The notes under the pieces are model-generated. The model was given only the letters and a program-made list of their open reading frames with translations. It was not told the origin of the DNA and searched no databases. Position numbers and translations under genes: made by a program. A stretch of 32,000 bases of DNA, from assembly GCF_001457615.1 (NCBI RefSeq), contig NZ_LN831024.1, forward strand, positions 4,710,001 to 4,742,000, written 5' to 3'. The stretch comes from Pseudomonas aeruginosa (GTDB lineage Bacteria; Pseudomonadota; Gammaproteobacteria; Pseudomonadales; Pseudomonadaceae). Positions 28,729-32,000 of this stretch are shown here, in pieces (within the stretch, counting starts at the first letter, position 1; each line of letters starts with the position of its first letter).

Positions 28729-29904
28729 ATGGCCGCTGACCAATATCATCACGGTGTCCGGGTCCAAGAGATCAATGACGGGACCCGCCCCATTCGCACC
28801 ATCGCCACCGCGATCATCGGCCTGGTAGCCACCGCCGAAGACGCCGACGCCACCGCCTTTCCACTCGATACGCCGGTACTCATCACCAACGTGCAGGCTG
28901 CCATCGGCAAGGCGGGCACCAGCGGTACGCTGCCCGCAAGCCTGCAAGCAATCGCCGACCAGGCCAACGCCGCCACTGTGGTGGTGCGGGTGAAGCCGGG
29001 CGAGGATGAAGCCGCGACCAATAGCGCGGTCATCGGCGGCGTCAGCGCCGATGGCAAGTACACCGGCATGAAGGCCTTGCTTGCCGCCAAGGCCCGCTTG
29101 GGCGTGGTACCGCGCATCCTCGGCGTGCCGGGCCTGGATACCCAGCCGGTCGCTACCGCACTCATCGCCATCGCCCAGCAACTGCGCGCCTTCGCTTATG
29201 TCTCCGCCAGCGGCTGCAAGACAAAGGAAGAGGCCATCGCCTACCGCGAGAACTTCGCCGCGCGCGAAGCCATGGTGGTCTGGCCGGACTTCCTGACGTG
29301 GAGCACCGTGGTCAACCAGACCGTGCCTGCGCCAGCTGTTGCCCAGGCACTGGGCTTGCGCGCCCGGATCGATCAGGAGGTCGGTTGGCACAAGACCCTG
29401 TCGAACGTCGCCGTCAACGGCGTGACCGGCATCAGCGCCGACGTGTTCTGGGACCTGCAGAGCCCCAGCACCGACGCCAACTACCTCAACGAGAACGAGG
29501 TCACCACCCTGGTGCAGGAAGGCGGATTCCGTTTCTGGGGCTCGCGCACCTGCAGCGATGATCCGCTGTTCGCCTTCGAGAACTACACCCGCACCGCCCA
29601 GGTGCTGGCCGATACCATCGCCGAGGCGCACATGTGGGCGGTCGACAAGCCCATGCACCCGTCGCTTGTGCGCGACATCCTCGAGGGCGTGAACGCCAAG
29701 TTCCGCGAGCTCAAGGGACTCGGCCTGATCATCGACGCCCAGGCCTGGTACGACCCCAACGTGAACGACAAGGACACGCTCAAGGCCGGCAAGCTGCGCA
29801 TCACCTACGACTACACCCCGGTGCCGCCGCTCGAGGACCTGACCTTCTTCCAGAAGATCACCGACAGCTACCTCGTCGACTTCGCCAGCCGCGTCAACGC
29901 CTGA
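28729..29904 (+). CDS. FI: Contractile tail sheath protein (P2 FI-like)
   Basis: YHHGVRVQEINDGTRPIRTIATAIIGLVATAEDADATAFPLDTPVLITN. Confidence 0.95.
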   Translation: MAADQYHHGVRVQEINDGTRPIRTIATAIIGLVATAEDADATAFPLDTPVLITNVQAAIGKAGTSGTLPASLQAIADQANAATVVVRVKPGEDEAATNSAVIGGVSADGKYTGMKALLAAKARLGVVPRILGVPGLDTQPVATALIAIAQQLRAFAYVSASGCKTKEEAIAYRENFAAREAMVVWPDFLTWSTVVNQTVPAPAVAQALGLRARIDQEVGWHKTLSNVAVNGVTGISADVFWDLQSPSTDANYLNENEVTTLVQEGGFRFWGSRTCSDDPLFAFENYTRTAQVLADTIAEAHMWAVDKPMHPSLVRDILEGVNAKFRELKGLGLIIDAQAWYDPNVNDKDTLKAGKLRITYDYTPVPPLEDLTFFQKITDSYLVDFASRVNA

Positions 29905-29960
29905 CGCCCAGCGCTCCCCGGACGGGGAGCCGACCCACCTGATTCCCGGAGAGCCCTACC

Positions 29961-30476
29961 ATGGCCATGCCGCGCAAGCTCAAGAACATGAACCTTTTCA
30001 ACGATGGCGGTAGCTACCAGGGCCTTGTGAAGTCCTGCACCCTGCCCCCGCTGGCCCGCAAGATGGAGCCCTTCCGCGGGGGCGGCATGAACGGCCCGGT
30101 CAAGGCCGACCTCGGCCACGACGACGACGGCATCCAGTTCGAGTGGACCGTCGGGGGCCTGGAGCTGACCGTCCTCAAGCAGTACGGCGCAGTCAGCGCC
30201 AGCGGCGTGATGCTGCGTTTCGCCGGCGCCTACCAGCAGGACGATACCGGCGCGGTCACGTCCGTCGAAATCGTCGTTCGCGGCCGGCACGAGACCATCG
30301 AAATGGGTGACGCCCAGCCCGGCGAAGACACCGAGCACAAGATCACCACCACCTGCAGCTACTACAAGCTCGTCGTCAACGGTGAGGAAGTCATCGAGAT
30401 CGACCTGCTGAACTTCGTCGAGAAGGTCAACGGCAAGGACCTGCTCGAGGCACAGCGCAAGGCCATCGGCCTGTAA
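29961..30476 (+). CDS. FII: Major tail tube protein (P2 FII-like)
   Basis: MAMPRKLKNMNLFNDGGSYQGLVKSCTLPPLARKMEPFRGGGMNGPVKADLG. Confidence 0.95.
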   Translation: MAMPRKLKNMNLFNDGGSYQGLVKSCTLPPLARKMEPFRGGGMNGPVKADLGHDDDGIQFEWTVGGLELTVLKQYGAVSASGVMLRFAGAYQQDDTGAVTSVEIVVRGRHETIEMGDAQPGEDTEHKITTTCSYYKLVVNGEEVIEIDLLNFVEKVNGKDLLEAQRKAIGL

Positions 30477-30530
30477 TCCCTTCCCGCCGGCCCGACCGGC
30501 GGTTCCTCTCCCCCTTGGATACCGACGCCC

Positions 30531-30860
30531 ATGAAAACCGAACAGACTCCCGCTGACCTGCAGAACGCTCCCGACAACGTCGTAACCCTCGACCAGCCGA
30601 TCAAGCGCGGCGCCCAGTCCATCGAATCGCTCACCCTGCGCAAGCCCTCCTCTGGCGAACTCCGCGGCCTGCACCTGCTCGACCTGCTGCAGTTCGACGT
30701 GGCTGCGACCATGAAAATCCTGCCGCGCATCAGCCAACCGACCATCACCGAGCCCGAGGCCGCCGGCATGGACCCGGCTGACCTGCTCGCCTGCGGCCAG
30801 GTGATCGCCGGTTTTTTGCTGCAGAAGCGGGCGAAGGCGGCAGCCTCCCTGATCGCGTAG
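30531..30860 (+). CDS. E: Tail assembly protein E
   Basis: P2 gpE-like; contains heptamer T TTT TTG at 30812-30818 in the slippery frame. Confidence 0.88.
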   Translation: MKTEQTPADLQNAPDNVVTLDQPIKRGAQSIESLTLRKPSSGELRGLHLLDLLQFDVAATMKILPRISQPTITEPEAAGMDPADLLACGQVIAGFLLQKRAKAAASLIA

Positions 30861-30868
30861 AAAACGCC

Positions 30869-30988
30869 ATGGCCGACCTGGCCGTGACGTTTCACTGGGC
30901 GCCGGACCATATGGACCGGCTCTCGCTCACCGAACTGATGGAATGGCGCGAACGCGCCCGGGTACGGAGTTCCGCCGATGGCGAATGA
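30869..30988 (+). CDS. GpE' (GpE family) tail protein, likely expressed as an E-E' -1 frameshift fusion
   Basis: MADLAVTFHWAPDHMDRLSLTELMEWRERARVRSSADGE*; the -1 frame is open from the slippery site through this ORF. Confidence 0.8.
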   Translation: MADLAVTFHWAPDHMDRLSLTELMEWRERARVRSSADGE

Positions 30989-32000
30989 CCTGCAGCTGCG
31001 CGTGCTGCTCAGCGCGATCGACAGAGCCACCGCTCCCCTGCGTCGCATCATGCAAGGCAGCGATGCGACGGCCCGGGCGCTCAAGGCAACTCGCGAGCGC
31101 CTGAAGCAGCTCAACGCTCAGCAGAGCGACGTACGCGCGTTCCGTACCCAGCGCGGCGCTCTGGAGCAGGTCAGCACCGCGCTGGCCGCGCAACAGGCCC
31201 GGGTGAAAGCGCTGGCCCAGCAGATGGCCACCGCCGGCAACCCCACCCGTGCGCTCACCCGCGACTACAACCGGGCCATCCGTGAAGCTGGTTTCCTCAA
31301 GCAGCAACACCTGCAGCAGAGCCAAGCCCTGCAGCAACTGCGCACGCGCCTCAGCAACGCCGGCATCAGCACCCGCAACCTCGGCCAGCATGAGCGCGAC
31401 CTGCGCGCGCAGATCCAGGCGGCCAACGGCGCCATCAACAGCCAGGCGCAGCGCTTGCGCAACCTCAGCCAGCAGCAGGAACGCCTGACCCACGCCCGAA
31501 ACACCTACAGCCGCGGCATCCAGAGCGCCGCCGCGCTGGCCGGCACCGGCATGGCGGCGCGCGCGACGGGCATGTACACCGGCGACAAGCTGCGGCAGAT
31601 GCTCGGCGTGGGCTACGAGTTCGACGCAACGATGTCGGCGACCCAGGCGGTGACCCGCATCGAGCGCAAGGACGATCCGCAGATGCAGGCGCTGCGGCAA
31701 CAGGCCCGCACCCTGCCGCTGTCCAGCAAATTCACCGACAAGGAAGTCGCCCAGGGCCAGTATTTCCTGGGCCGCACCGGCTACAACGCGAAGCAGATCC
31801 TCGGCGCCATGCCCGGCATGCTCAACCTGGCCGCCGCCGGCGACATGGACCTCGGCGACACCGCTGACATCGCCTCGAACATCCAGACGGCGATGGGTAT
31901 TCCGGCCGAGAAGATGGACCAGGTGGCCGACGTACTGACTGCGGCGTTCACCCGGAACAACGTCGACATCCGCATGCTCGGCGACTCGCTGAAGTACTCC
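30978..32000 (+). CDS. T: Tape measure protein (P2 gpT-like), truncated at window end
   Basis: MANDLQLRVLLSAIDRATAPLRRIMQGSDATARALKATRERLKQLN; open to the end of the window. Confidence 0.92.
   Translation, partial: MANDLQLRVLLSAIDRATAPLRRIMQGSDATARALKATRERLKQLNAQQSDVRAFRTQRGALEQVSTALAAQQARVKALAQQMATAGNPTRALTRDYNRAIREAGFLKQQHLQQSQALQQLRTRLSNAGISTRNLGQHERDLRAQIQAANGAINSQAQRLRNLSQQQERLTHARNTYSRGIQSAAALAGTGMAARATGMYTGDKLRQMLGVGYEFDATMSATQAVTRIERKDDPQMQALRQQARTLPLSSKFTDKEVAQGQYFLGRTGYNAKQILGAMPGMLNLAAAGDMDLGDTADIASNIQTAMGIPAEKMDQVADVLTAAFTRNNVDIRMLGDSLKYS

Larger units (their letters stand above)
11835..32000 (+). mobile_element. P2/phiCTX-like prophage, left part; left attachment site at the tRNA-Gly 3' end; truncated by the window end
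   Basis: P2-type head, lysis and tail gene order begins downstream of the tRNA. Exact attL boundary is not determined without attR, which is outside the window. Confidence 0.9.

Noticed and set aside
28177-29658. 493-aa reverse ORF opposite the fibre assembly and sheath genes
   Set aside because: Shadow ORF, no domain signal, spans two supported forward genes and a promoter region.

Overview
GC-rich Pseudomonas aeruginosa-like sequence. Bases 1 to about 11,780 are chromosomal backbone: an NAD(P)-binding oxidoreductase, an SdsA1-like alkyl sulfatase with a divergent LysR regulator, small lipoproteins, DUF2157-like and DUF4824-like membrane proteins, an RsuA-like pseudouridine synthase, two L,D-transpeptidase-like proteins and an RhlA/PhaG-like hydrolase. 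A tRNA-Gly(CCC) gene at 11784-11857 marks the junction with a P2/phiCTX-type Myoviridae prophage that fills the rest of the window in near-canonical order (Q, P / O, N, M, L, X, two holin-like proteins, endolysin, Rz/Rz1, R, S, [reverse-strand HTH cargo gene], V, W, J, I, H, fibre assembly, FI, FII, E, E', T). The tape measure gene is cut by the window end, and the integrase and attR should lie beyond it. Main items of interest: (1) a zeta-toxin-like kinase plus a 52-aa ORF with their own terminator, sitting between a candidate cos site and the portal gene, the position I recall ctx occupying in phiCTX; (2) three 21-bp dyads, TTGTA(G/C)-N9-(G/C)TACAA, placed exactly at the expected P2-like late promoters (P/O, V, FI); (3) a single-base frameshift in the portal gene; (4) a cluster of GGTAATT/AATTACC repeats next to attL; (5) a reverse-strand HTH gene in the S-V gap; (6) a conserved T TTT TTG -1 frameshift signal in E/E'; (7) an R-pyocin-like modular tail fibre. 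All assignments are from reading the sequence and recalled family knowledge. No database search was run.
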